DNA from: Gemmatimonadaceae bacterium
GTDB taxonomy: Bacteria; Gemmatimonadota; Gemmatimonadetes; Gemmatimonadales; Gemmatimonadaceae
Length of the DNA stretch: 13,767 nucleotides
Reading direction: 5' to 3'
NCBI GenBank assembly: GCA_040902005.1
Contig: JBBDYA010000115.1
Location: 1 to 13,767, forward strand
Shown here: in pieces, positions 1-7,790 of the stretch
Numbering within the stretch: the stretch's first letter is position 1
Layout of the letters: the number at the start of each line of letters is the position of its first letter
The notes under the pieces: model-generated
What the model was told of the DNA's origin: nothing
Databases searched by the model: none
Seen by the model: the letters and a program-made list of their open reading frames with translations, nothing else
Position numbers and translations under genes: made by a program

Positions 1-63
1 GGGGCCCCGGCCGAGAACGTTGTCAGCACTTTCAGTATCGCCACTCCGTCCACAGTATTGAGT

Positions 64-1584
64 ATGCGCTTCGCTCTCTCCCTCCTCGCGCTGAGCGTCT
101 CCACCACCGCGCTCGCGCAAACCACGACCCTCGCGCCGGCCGCCTCGTCTGGTGTTCGGTACAACCGGCTGCTCATCCGCAACGCGATGGTCGTGGACGG
201 CGCCGGCAACCCGGCGCGCGGTCCCATGGACATCGTGGTCGAGGGGTCCACGATCGCCAGCGTGCGGCCGGCGCGTCCCATGGACGAATTCGGCACGGCG
301 GAGGCCCCGCTCCCCGCCGGTGCCACGGCAAGCGCGCGGTTCGATCGCATCATCGACGCGCGCGGGATGTACGTCACGCCAGGCCTGGTGGACATGCACG
401 GTCACATCCACTTCGGGCGCAACGGCGTGCGATGGCCCAGGGATTACGTCTACAAGCTGTGGCTCGCGCACGGCATCACCACGGTGCGCGAACCGGGGAG
501 CGGCAACGGCGTGGACTCCACCGTAGCGCACGCGCGGCTCTCGGCAGAGAACCGCATGGCCGCGCCGACGATCGTTCCCTATGTGACCGTCGAGGCGGAC
601 AACCCGGATTCCGCCCGCGCGCGCGTGCGCCGCGTGAAGCAGCGCGGCGCGCAGGGACTCAAGATCTTCATCAACCGTCCCGACGTCTGGGCGGCAATCG
701 CCGACGAGGCGCGCCGGAACGACCTGCCGATCGCGACCGACATGAAGATCCAGGAGTACGACGCGCTGGACGCCGCCCGGCTCGGCGTGCGATCCCTGGA
801 GCACTGGTACGGGATTCCCGACGCGGCTATCCCAGGCCCACAGCGCTTTCCCGACTCCTACAGCTACGACAACGAATCCGACCGCTTCCGCTGGGCGGCG
901 GATCTCTGGCGGCAGGCCGACAGCGCGCGCCTCTCCGCAGTGATCGACACGCTCATCGCGCGTAACGTGACCTGGGACCCCACGTTCGCCGTCTACGAAG
1001 CCAACCGCGACCTGTCGCGTGCGCGCACGCTGCACTGGTTCGGCGAGTATGCGATGCCGCAGCTGATGGCGTTCTTCGAGCCGGACGCCACGCGCCACGG
1101 CTCGTACCACTTCAACTGGACCACGGGCGACGAAGTGATGTGGAAGGAGAGCATGCGCCTCTGGATGCGGTGGGTGCGCGAGTTCGCGGCGCGGGGGGGC
1201 AATGTCACCGTGGGGTCAGATGCCGGATTCATCTATCACCTGTACGGCTTCGCGACCATCCGCGAGATGGAGCTGCACCAGGAGGCCGGCTTTCATCCGA
1301 TCGAGGTCATCCAGCACGCCACGTCGAATGGGGCGAAGGCCATGGGGCTCGCGAACACCGGGGTGATTCGCCCGGGGTTCAGCGCCGACCTCGCGATCGT
1401 GGACGGCAATCCGTTGCACAACCTCAAAGTCTTCTACGGCACGGGCGTGGAGGTGGAGCGCGACGGCCAGGTGGAGCGCCGTGGCGGCGTGCGGTATACC
1501 ATCAAGCAGGGCATCGTGTTCGACGCGCGGCAATTGCTGGCGGACGTGCGCGAGATGGTCCGTGCGGCGAAGGTGGTGCCCTGA
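64..1584 (+). CDS. Secreted amidohydrolase superfamily protein (metal-dependent TIM-barrel, Amidohydro_1-like)
   Basis: N-terminal signal peptide (MRFALSLLALSVSTTALA-Q); beta-sandwich entry (LLIRNAMVVDG...IDARGMYVTPGLVDMHGH) with HxH motif; GITTVREPG, GLKIF, EHWYG, VGSDAG; C-terminal G-x-I-RPGFSADLAIVDGNPL. ATG at 64 preferred over TTG at 58. Confidence 0.9.
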   Translation: MRFALSLLALSVSTTALAQTTTLAPAASSGVRYNRLLIRNAMVVDGAGNPARGPMDIVVEGSTIASVRPARPMDEFGTAEAPLPAGATASARFDRIIDARGMYVTPGLVDMHGHIHFGRNGVRWPRDYVYKLWLAHGITTVREPGSGNGVDSTVAHARLSAENRMAAPTIVPYVTVEADNPDSARARVRRVKQRGAQGLKIFINRPDVWAAIADEARRNDLPIATDMKIQEYDALDAARLGVRSLEHWYGIPDAAIPGPQRFPDSYSYDNESDRFRWAADLWRQADSARLSAVIDTLIARNVTWDPTFAVYEANRDLSRARTLHWFGEYAMPQLMAFFEPDATRHGSYHFNWTTGDEVMWKESMRLWMRWVREFAARGGNVTVGSDAGFIYHLYGFATIREMELHQEAGFHPIEVIQHATSNGAKAMGLANTGVIRPGFSADLAIVDGNPLHNLKVFYGTGVEVERDGQVERRGGVRYTIKQGIVFDARQLLADVREMVRAAKVVP

Positions 1585-1620
1585 CGCCGCCGCCGCGAAC
1601 CCCTGTCTAGATTGCGTTCC

Positions 1621-2910
1621 ATGGAAACGCTTCAAGCCGCCGAATCGCGACAATCCGACGGGTCTTCTATCCTCGCGGAAGGGCTGATCGGATCACCGAT
1701 CCTCAAGATCGCCGCCGAGGTGCGGGCGATGGCCGTCGAGGGGAAGGTCATCTGCAACCTGACGGTCGGCGATTTTGCGCCCAGCGAATTCCCGATTCCC
1801 GAGCTGCTCTCCCGCGAGCTGACGGCGGCGGTGCAGCGTGGCGAGACGAACTATCCGCCGTCGGCGGGGATGGCGGGCCTGCGCAAGGCGGTGGTGGCCT
1901 TCTGTGAACGCCGTCTCGATCTCCCGCTGGGCGTGGAGAACGTCCTGATCGCGTCGGGCGCCCGCCCGCTGATCTACGCCATCTACCGCATCATCGCCGA
2001 TCCGGGCGAGCGCGTGGTGTTCCCGGTGCCATCCTGGAACAACACGCACTATTGCCAGATGTCCGGCGCCAGGGCCGTGCCCATCGCGTGCGACGCGACC
2101 TCCGGCTTCCTGCCGACCGCCGCCATGCTGCGCGACGAGCTGCGCGACGCGCGGATGCTGGTGATCAACTCGCCGGTGAATCCCACCGGCACGGTGATCG
2201 GCGCGCAGCAGCTCGCCGACATCTGCGACCTGGTGCTCGAGGAGAACGCACGACGCGCCGGCAGCGACCGACCGCTGTACGTCCTGTACGACCAGGTGTA
2301 CTGGATGCTCACGTTCGGCGTGGAGCACGTGCACCCCGTGGCGCTACGCCCCGCGATGGCGGACTACACGATCTACGTGGATGGCATCTCGAAGTCGTTT
2401 GCCGCCACCGGCCTGCGCGTGGGCTGGGCGATGGGTCCGACGACGATCATCCAGCAGATGTCGGACCTGCTCACGCACGTGGGGGCGTGGGCGCCGCGTC
2501 CCGAACAGGTGGCCACGACCGTGCTGCTCGGCAACGACGCCGAGATGGACGGCTTTCACGACCGGATGCGCGGCGAGGTGCTGGGCCGGCTTCAGGCGCT
2601 GCACGATGGGATCGCCGCGCTGCATCGCGAGGGGTTCGCGGTGGACGCCGCCATCCCGAGCGGCGCGATCTACTTGAGCGGCCGCTTCCACCTGCACGGG
2701 CGCACCACGCCGAAGGGTGTCACGCTCCGCACCGATGAGGACGTGCGCTCGTACCTGCTGACCAGCGCGGGGCTGGCCGCGGTGCCGTTCAGCGCGTTCG
2801 GGCAGCCGGAAGGCAGCGGGTGGTTCCGGCTGTCGGTGGGGGCGGTCTCGATGAAGGACATCGCCGGGTTGCTCCCCCGCCTGCGCGAATCCCTGGTCGC
2901 GCTCCGCTAG
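1621..2910 (+). CDS. Pyridoxal-phosphate-dependent aminotransferase, class I/II (aspartate aminotransferase-like)
   Basis: NLTVGDF, YPPSAG, NSPVNPTG, YDQVY (PLP-binding Asp/Tyr), GISKSFAATGLRVGW (Schiff-base Lys), WFRLSVG. ATG at 1621. Confidence 0.93.
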   Translation: METLQAAESRQSDGSSILAEGLIGSPILKIAAEVRAMAVEGKVICNLTVGDFAPSEFPIPELLSRELTAAVQRGETNYPPSAGMAGLRKAVVAFCERRLDLPLGVENVLIASGARPLIYAIYRIIADPGERVVFPVPSWNNTHYCQMSGARAVPIACDATSGFLPTAAMLRDELRDARMLVINSPVNPTGTVIGAQQLADICDLVLEENARRAGSDRPLYVLYDQVYWMLTFGVEHVHPVALRPAMADYTIYVDGISKSFAATGLRVGWAMGPTTIIQQMSDLLTHVGAWAPRPEQVATTVLLGNDAEMDGFHDRMRGEVLGRLQALHDGIAALHREGFAVDAAIPSGAIYLSGRFHLHGRTTPKGVTLRTDEDVRSYLLTSAGLAAVPFSAFGQPEGSGWFRLSVGAVSMKDIAGLLPRLRESLVALR

Positions 2911-2976
2911 GAAAGCTCTGAAAAACCAGGGGCCGGAACACCTCGCTCCGGCCCCCTGTTTTTCAGAGGTCCCTAG
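2907..2976. mobile_element. Short (~70 bp) member of the inverted-repeat element family (copy 1, MITE-like)
   Basis: CTAG-GAAAGCTCTGAAAAAC at the left end and GTTTTTCAGAGGTCC-CTAG at the right end match the termini of the longer copies; CTAG on both sides. Confidence 0.6.
2921..2963. terminator. Bidirectional intrinsic terminator between convergent aminotransferase and PAP2 genes
   Basis: AAAAA(2921-2925)...GGGGCCGGA(2929-2937), 9-nt loop, TCCGGCCCC(2947-2955)...TTTTT(2959-2963): a GC stem with a T-tract on each strand. Confidence 0.85.
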
Positions 2977-3777
2977 CTAGAAACGAAAGCTGTAGGTCAT
3001 CGACACGGCATCCGAGCTCACCTGCACGCCGTCCGCGCCCAGGAAGAACCGGTTCACGCCGTTGTTCGGGCGCACGACGTGGTTGTACCGCACCACCTTG
3101 GCGCCCGCGAGCGTGCCAACGAACGCGCCGGCGAGCACGTCGCTCGCCCAGTGCTGCCCCGTGAACATGCGTGAGATGCCCGGGCCGGCCGCGATCGCAT
3201 AGGCCACCGGTCCCACGATCCACACGGCGCCGGGTGCCCGTCGCTTCGTTTCCAGCGTGTACACCGTGGCCACGGCAAACGCCGAGGCAGTGTGGATGGA
3301 CGGAAACGCGCGATAGTTGAAGTCGCGAAAGCCCCGGAAGGGACGAAAGTCGTGCGCGTCCTTGTAGTCGGTGACGTGGGGGCGCGACCGTCCCAGCGGG
3401 CCGCGGACGAGCTGCGCGGCAACGCTGCCCACCACCACCGCCTCGGCCGCATGGAAGGTGATGTCCGCCATCGCGCGCTGTCCGGTGAGACGACCGATGC
3501 TCCAGAGCGCCAGGTTGCCGAAGGTGAGGGAACCCTCCTGAAGCTTGGAGAAGTTGCGCGCCCACCGCTGCTTACCCGGCGTCTGCATCGTGCTGTCCAC
3601 CCACCCCTGCGCGATGCGCGCGTCGGCGCTGCTCAGCGCCACTGACCCCAGGAGGACGGCGACCGACCAGATGGCGTCGTTGCGCGTGAACAGCGACGGC
3701 GGGTCGGACGCGGCCTGCGCGCGCAGCGGTTCCGCTGCGGCGATGAGCAGCAGGAGACACACACGAATCAGTTTCAT
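2977..3777 (-). CDS. PAP2 superfamily phosphatase with signal peptide
   Basis: C1 R-GPLGRS-RP, C2 FPSIH, C3 SRMFTGQHWASDV; signal peptide MKLIRVCLLLLIAAAEPLRA-Q. ATG at 3777. Confidence 0.88.
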   Translation of the reverse strand: MKLIRVCLLLLIAAAEPLRAQAASDPPSLFTRNDAIWSVAVLLGSVALSSADARIAQGWVDSTMQTPGKQRWARNFSKLQEGSLTFGNLALWSIGRLTGQRAMADITFHAAEAVVVGSVAAQLVRGPLGRSRPHVTDYKDAHDFRPFRGFRDFNYRAFPSIHTASAFAVATVYTLETKRRAPGAVWIVGPVAYAIAAGPGISRMFTGQHWASDVLAGAFVGTLAGAKVVRYNHVVRPNNGVNRFFLGADGVQVSSDAVSMTYSFRF

Positions 3778-3854
3778 CCGGCCACCGCGATGCAAGCGTG
3801 AGGCCGCGACCGGCCCTTCGCGGGCTGAGTCGCCGTGCTGTTCAGCTCGTGTCC

Positions 3855-3875
3855 CATGTGACAGATTGTCACATG
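3855..3875. promoter_or_regulatory. Perfect 9-bp inverted repeat, candidate transcription-factor operator in a divergent intergenic region
   Basis: CATGTGACA-GAT-TGTCACATG; AT-richer than its surroundings; the right arm ends on the ATG at 3873-3875. Confidence 0.55.
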
Positions 3876-5108
3876 ATCGTTGCCCGCCATCTTGCGCTCG
3901 CCCTGTCGTTGTCAGCCCTGGCCGCCCCGGTCACGCCCGCAGCGCGCGCCCAACCCGCCGGCATTCCCCAGCTCCGATACGAGCCGGACCTGACGATTCC
4001 GGCGCGCGAGCATCTCATCAGGTCGAGCGCGCTTTTCGCGGTCAGCCGGCGCGGCGTCATCGTCGTGCCGGCGGCCATGAGTGGCGAACCGCTCAGGGCG
4101 TTCACCCCGGATGGCAAACGGCTCGAGTGGAAGACGCGCGCGCGCCGGGGTGAGGACAGGGAGTTCATCACCGTCGTCCAGATGGGATGGATCGGGGATT
4201 CGCTGTGGGTGGAGGATCGCATCTGGGATCACGCCGTGGTGCTGGACACCGCGGGGGTGGTGGTCAAGAGCTACGAGCGTCCATCGTGGATTCGCCCGCG
4301 GTGGCGCGACCGGCGGAAGTATCCGCTGTTCAGCGACATGTACTGGCGGGCCATCTACCCGGACGGGACGATGCTCGTGGTTCCGCAGCAGCCACGCGCG
4401 CTGTTCGACACGCCCGACTTCGATCGCGGCAGCACGCACCTGCTGCGCGTGGACGCCGATGGCGTGATCCAGCGCACCATCGCGCGCGTTCCCTCGGCCG
4501 ACGCGCGGATGCTGCTGCGTGACGGGCAGAGGCGCTGGTGGATCAACGTGCCGTTCTTCCCGCGCACGCACTGGCAGGTCTCGGCGGATGGCCGGCGGAT
4601 CGCGGTCGCGTCGCCGCTAGTGACGGCGAGCGACAGTGGCGCGTTCGTGGTGACGCTGCTCGACGAGAACGGCGACACGATGTTCACGCGCCGCTACGTG
4701 TCCCCGACGGCCCGCCTGACGCCAGCGACGGTGGATTCCGTGCTCAGGAAGGTCGCGGCATTCGGGCGCTATAGCGCGGAGTCGATTCGGGACACGCTGC
4801 GCAAGCAGATACCCGCGTACCTGTCACCGGTGCAGGGGGTGGACGTGGGCGTGGACCACTCGGTGTGGGTCTGGGTTCGCCCGCGGGACCCCACGGTGCG
4901 CGACCGGATCGCGCTCGTGCTCGACTCACTTGGTACCGTGGTGGGCACGGCCACGCTGCCGCGAACGTTGCAGGTGCCAGTCTACAGTGTGGATCACGTC
5001 TGGGGTGTTCAGATTTCCGAGGTCAACTCTCGGGAGCGCGATGTGGTGCGATTGAGGCGCACGCCGCCCAGGGAAGCTCTGGAAAAGAGGCAGCTGGAAG
5101 CGCGATAG
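3873..5108 (+). CDS. Secreted hypothetical protein, probable 6-bladed beta-propeller-like fold
   Basis: Signal peptide MIVARHLALALSLSALAAPVTPAARA-Q; repeated blade-like motifs (AFTPDGK, GDSLWVED, VLDTAG, IYPDGTML, VDADG, VSADGRRI, LLDENGDT, VGVDHSVWV, VLDSLG). The last ~13 codons and the stop lie inside repeat copy 2. Confidence 0.7.
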   Translation: MIVARHLALALSLSALAAPVTPAARAQPAGIPQLRYEPDLTIPAREHLIRSSALFAVSRRGVIVVPAAMSGEPLRAFTPDGKRLEWKTRARRGEDREFITVVQMGWIGDSLWVEDRIWDHAVVLDTAGVVVKSYERPSWIRPRWRDRRKYPLFSDMYWRAIYPDGTMLVVPQQPRALFDTPDFDRGSTHLLRVDADGVIQRTIARVPSADARMLLRDGQRRWWINVPFFPRTHWQVSADGRRIAVASPLVTASDSGAFVVTLLDENGDTMFTRRYVSPTARLTPATVDSVLRKVAAFGRYSAESIRDTLRKQIPAYLSPVQGVDVGVDHSVWVWVRPRDPTVRDRIALVLDSLGTVVGTATLPRTLQVPVYSVDHVWGVQISEVNSRERDVVRLRRTPPREALEKRQLEAR

Positions 5109-5258
5109 CTCCCCGTGGCGCGAGCGTAGTATCAATACTGAGACGGCCGCTCGGATGCACTTGGGAGAAGTTCCGCCTACTCGTCTCAGTATTGATACTG
5201 GCTCGCGCCACGGGGAGCTACCGCGCTTCCAGCTGCCCCTTTTTCAGAGCTTCCCTAG
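5068..5258. mobile_element. Long inverted-repeat element, copy 2 (MITE/REPIN-like, non-autonomous)
   Basis: Arms 5068-5145 (78 nt) and 5182-5258 (77 nt) are reverse complements apart from 4 substitutions and one GT/C asymmetry; 36-nt loop; ends CCAGGGAAGCTCTG...CAGAGCTTCCCTAG. Confidence 0.85.
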
Positions 5259-6004
5259 AGGCGTTCCGCCAGCTCGTAGCGCGTCAGCTTCCGCAGCGCG
5301 ACCGCCAGCCCCGCCGCGAGAATGATCGAGCCCATGACCCAGACTGTCGTCATCGGCACGGTGTAGCCGGCCGTCGGCACGAGTCCGTCGCCGACCCATT
5401 TCGAGATGGACGTGGCGAATTCGCGCACGCTGAGCGACTTCACTCCCTCGAGCTGCCGCGTCACGACGTTTTCGAAGAAGATGATGTAGATCAGCCCGAT
5501 GATCAGCCCGCGTTTCGTCGCGAGTCCCAGGTAGGTGAAGATCGCGCAGTAGAGCAGGGCGCCGGCGACTCCACCGGCGATGAACGAGGCCACGAAGCGC
5601 GCCGGCAGCTCCGCGTTGCGCAGGGACAGCCAGGCCAGCAGCATCGCGGCCGAGATCACCGTCGCGGTGGCCAGCATCGCCACGAGATACTTGACCAGCA
5701 CGATGGCCCAGCGCGGCACCGGGCGCACCAGCAGGTAGATGAGCGTGCCATCCTCCTGTTCGCCGCCGAACGTCGTCGTCCCGAAGATCACGGCGGCCAG
5801 CGGCAGCAGCGCCGCCAGTACGATCTGCGAGTTCAGGATCAGCAGGAAATTGAGGCGGTCGCCCTCCAGGTCCTCGCTCGCGAACCGATAGAAGACGGTG
5901 AGCAGGAGGGGAAGCCCCGCGATCGCTACGGCAACCCACACGCGGTGTCCAGAGAAGAGCTGGCGCCAGGTGAGCCAGGCCACGGTGCGCAGGGCGGCGA
6001 TCAT
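5255..6004 (-). CDS. ABC-2 type transporter permease subunit
   Basis: About 6 hydrophobic helices; EQEDGTLIYLLVRPVPRWAIVLVKY motif typical of ABC-2 membrane subunits; ATGA overlap with the upstream ATPase. Confidence 0.9.
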   Translation of the reverse strand: MIAALRTVAWLTWRQLFSGHRVWVAVAIAGLPLLLTVFYRFASEDLEGDRLNFLLILNSQIVLAALLPLAAVIFGTTTFGGEQEDGTLIYLLVRPVPRWAIVLVKYLVAMLATATVISAAMLLAWLSLRNAELPARFVASFIAGGVAGALLYCAIFTYLGLATKRGLIIGLIYIIFFENVVTRQLEGVKSLSVREFATSISKWVGDGLVPTAGYTVPMTTVWVMGSIILAAGLAVALRKLTRYELAERL

Positions 6005-6924
6005 CGTTCCACCAGGTAGGCGAACACGCTCTCGAGCGACTCATCTGTGGGCCGCACCTCGAGCAGCCGGATGTTCGCCTGTCGCGCGGTGCGCGCGAGG
6101 GTGCGCGTCATCGCCACGCGTTCGCCCGTGCGCACCACCAATCCCTCTGGCGTGAGCTCCACGCCGAACACGGACTGATCGCCCCCCCCCAGCAGCGCCG
6201 CGCCCAGGCGCCGGTCGTCGGATGACCGGAGGCGAAAGGTGTGCGGCCGGTCGGTCATGAGCCGCCGGATCTCGCGAAAGTGGCCAGACGCGGCCAGTCG
6301 GCCGGCGACCATGACGAGGATGTTGTTGGCCAGGTCGTTCAGCTCTTCCAGGATGTGCGAGCTGATGACGATCACCCGTCCCTCCAAGGCGAGCGCGCGG
6401 AGCACCTCCAGCATGTGCAGCCGCTGGCGGGGGTCCATCCCGTTGAACGGTTCGTCCAGCAGGAGGACGGCGGGGTCGTGCACCATCGCCGCCGCCACCT
6501 TGATGCGCTGCTTCATCCCCTTGGAGTACGTGGCGATGCGGCGATGCTGCGGGCCCGCCATGTCCAGCAGATCGATGGCGCGTTGCGCGGCGGCCTCGGG
6601 ATCCGCCACCTGCTGCATCACGGCACAGGCGCGCACGAACTCGTGACCGGAGAGATACTCGTGGACCGACTCGCGCTCGGGGACCAGTCCGATCGTGCGA
6701 TAGACGTCCGGATCGCCCGCCGCCGGCCTGTCGTTCACGAGCACCTCACCGGACGATGGGCGTAGCAGCCCTGCCATCATGTGCAGCACCGTGGTCTTGC
6801 CGGCGCCGTTGGGGCCCAGAAGCCCGGTGACGCCCGGCGTGAGGGTACACGACACGTCGTTGACCGCGACCACGTTGCCGTACCAGCGGGAGGCGTTGAC
6901 CAACCGAACGGCGGACACGCTCAT
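6001..6924 (-). CDS. ABC transporter ATP-binding protein (DrrA/CcmA-like exporter type)
   Basis: Walker A GPNGAGKT, signature YSKGMKQR, Walker B LLLDEP, H-loop SSH; ATG at 6924 overlaps the upstream TGA (ATGA). Confidence 0.93.
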   Translation of the reverse strand: MSVSAVRLVNASRWYGNVVAVNDVSCTLTPGVTGLLGPNGAGKTTVLHMMAGLLRPSSGEVLVNDRPAAGDPDVYRTIGLVPERESVHEYLSGHEFVRACAVMQQVADPEAAAQRAIDLLDMAGPQHRRIATYSKGMKQRIKVAAAMVHDPAVLLLDEPFNGMDPRQRLHMLEVLRALALEGRVIVISSHILEELNDLANNILVMVAGRLAASGHFREIRRLMTDRPHTFRLRSSDDRRLGAALLGGGDQSVFGVELTPEGLVVRTGERVAMTRTLARTARQANIRLLEVRPTDESLESVFAYLVER

Positions 6925-7790
6925 ACTTCGTTCTTCCGGTAGCGCGCCAGCAGCACGAGCGCGCCGATCACGCACGTGGCCAGGACCACGAACAGGTACG
7001 TCTCACCGGGGAGATCCACCCGCGCCACGGTGCTGCGCCGCGCGGATTCCACGTCAAAGAGCCACTTGGAGAACCCGGTGACCAGGTTCACCGGGTTCAG
7101 AAGGATGGCGTAGCGCCGCAGGTCGCCCGTGGCGATCACGCGCACCATGGCCGAGATGGCGGGGGTGAGCAGGAAGAAGGCGATGACGCCCGCGCTGGCG
7201 AACGCGCGCTTGTTCGCGAACGACGAAATCGCGAGCGCGATGCTCGCGAAGTACGTGGACACCAGCAGCGTGCCGGCCAGGATCGGGAAGAGCTTCGTCC
7301 ATTCCGCCATGAACGCGGTCCATGGCTCCGCCTGGATCAGTACGCGCCCCACGAACAGCATGAGTTGCGGGCCCAGGGTGAGCAGCAACAGCGCCGCGGC
7401 CAGCGCCCCGAGCTTGGCCCAGGCGTAGTCGCTGGCGCGGATGGGGCGCGACAGATACAACGCGAGCGTGCCGTTCGACTTGTCCGTCACGAGCAGTTCG
7501 GGCGCCTGCGCCGCGACGAAGAGCGCCAGCAGCCCCGCCGTGAATTCCAGGTAGTTGGCGTAGCTGATGAGATTGATCATGCCGGCGGCGCTCGCGACGC
7601 CGATCTGCACCACGGCGGGGAGGAACACGAGGACGAGGACGAGCAGCGGAATCAGGCGCGAGCGCTCACCCCGGCCGAGTCCGAACGCGCCGCGGAATGA
7701 AAAGATGAAGAGCGTCTTCACGGCGTGCATCCGGCCGAACCGCGCGCCCGAGTAGCGCTGGTAGCCCAGGTCGTAGATGGTGGACGTCAC
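6921..7790 (-). CDS. ABC-2 type transporter permease subunit
   Basis: Begins (M)TSTIYDLGYQRY; DKSNGTLALYLSRPIRASDYAWAK motif; multiple TM helices; GTG at 7790 overlaps the upstream TGA (GTGA). Only the 3' part of the 627-aa track ORF is real. Confidence 0.88.
   Translation of the reverse strand: MTSTIYDLGYQRYSGARFGRMHAVKTLFIFSFRGAFGLGRGERSRLIPLLVLVLVFLPAVVQIGVASAAGMINLISYANYLEFTAGLLALFVAAQAPELLVTDKSNGTLALYLSRPIRASDYAWAKLGALAAALLLLTLGPQLMLFVGRVLIQAEPWTAFMAEWTKLFPILAGTLLVSTYFASIALAISSFANKRAFASAGVIAFFLLTPAISAMVRVIATGDLRRYAILLNPVNLVTGFSKWLFDVESARRSTVARVDLPGETYLFVVLATCVIGALVLLARYRKNEV

Noticed and set aside
53..62. CAGTATTGAG resembling the element core (AGTATTGAG)
   Set aside because: Only a 9-10 bp match with no flanking similarity or partner arm; more likely chance or a promoter -10 region.
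4865..6019. 384-aa plus-strand ORF spanning element copy 2
   Set aside because: Antisense shadow of the ABC permease plus repeat sequence; no transposase (DDE/HUH) motifs visible.
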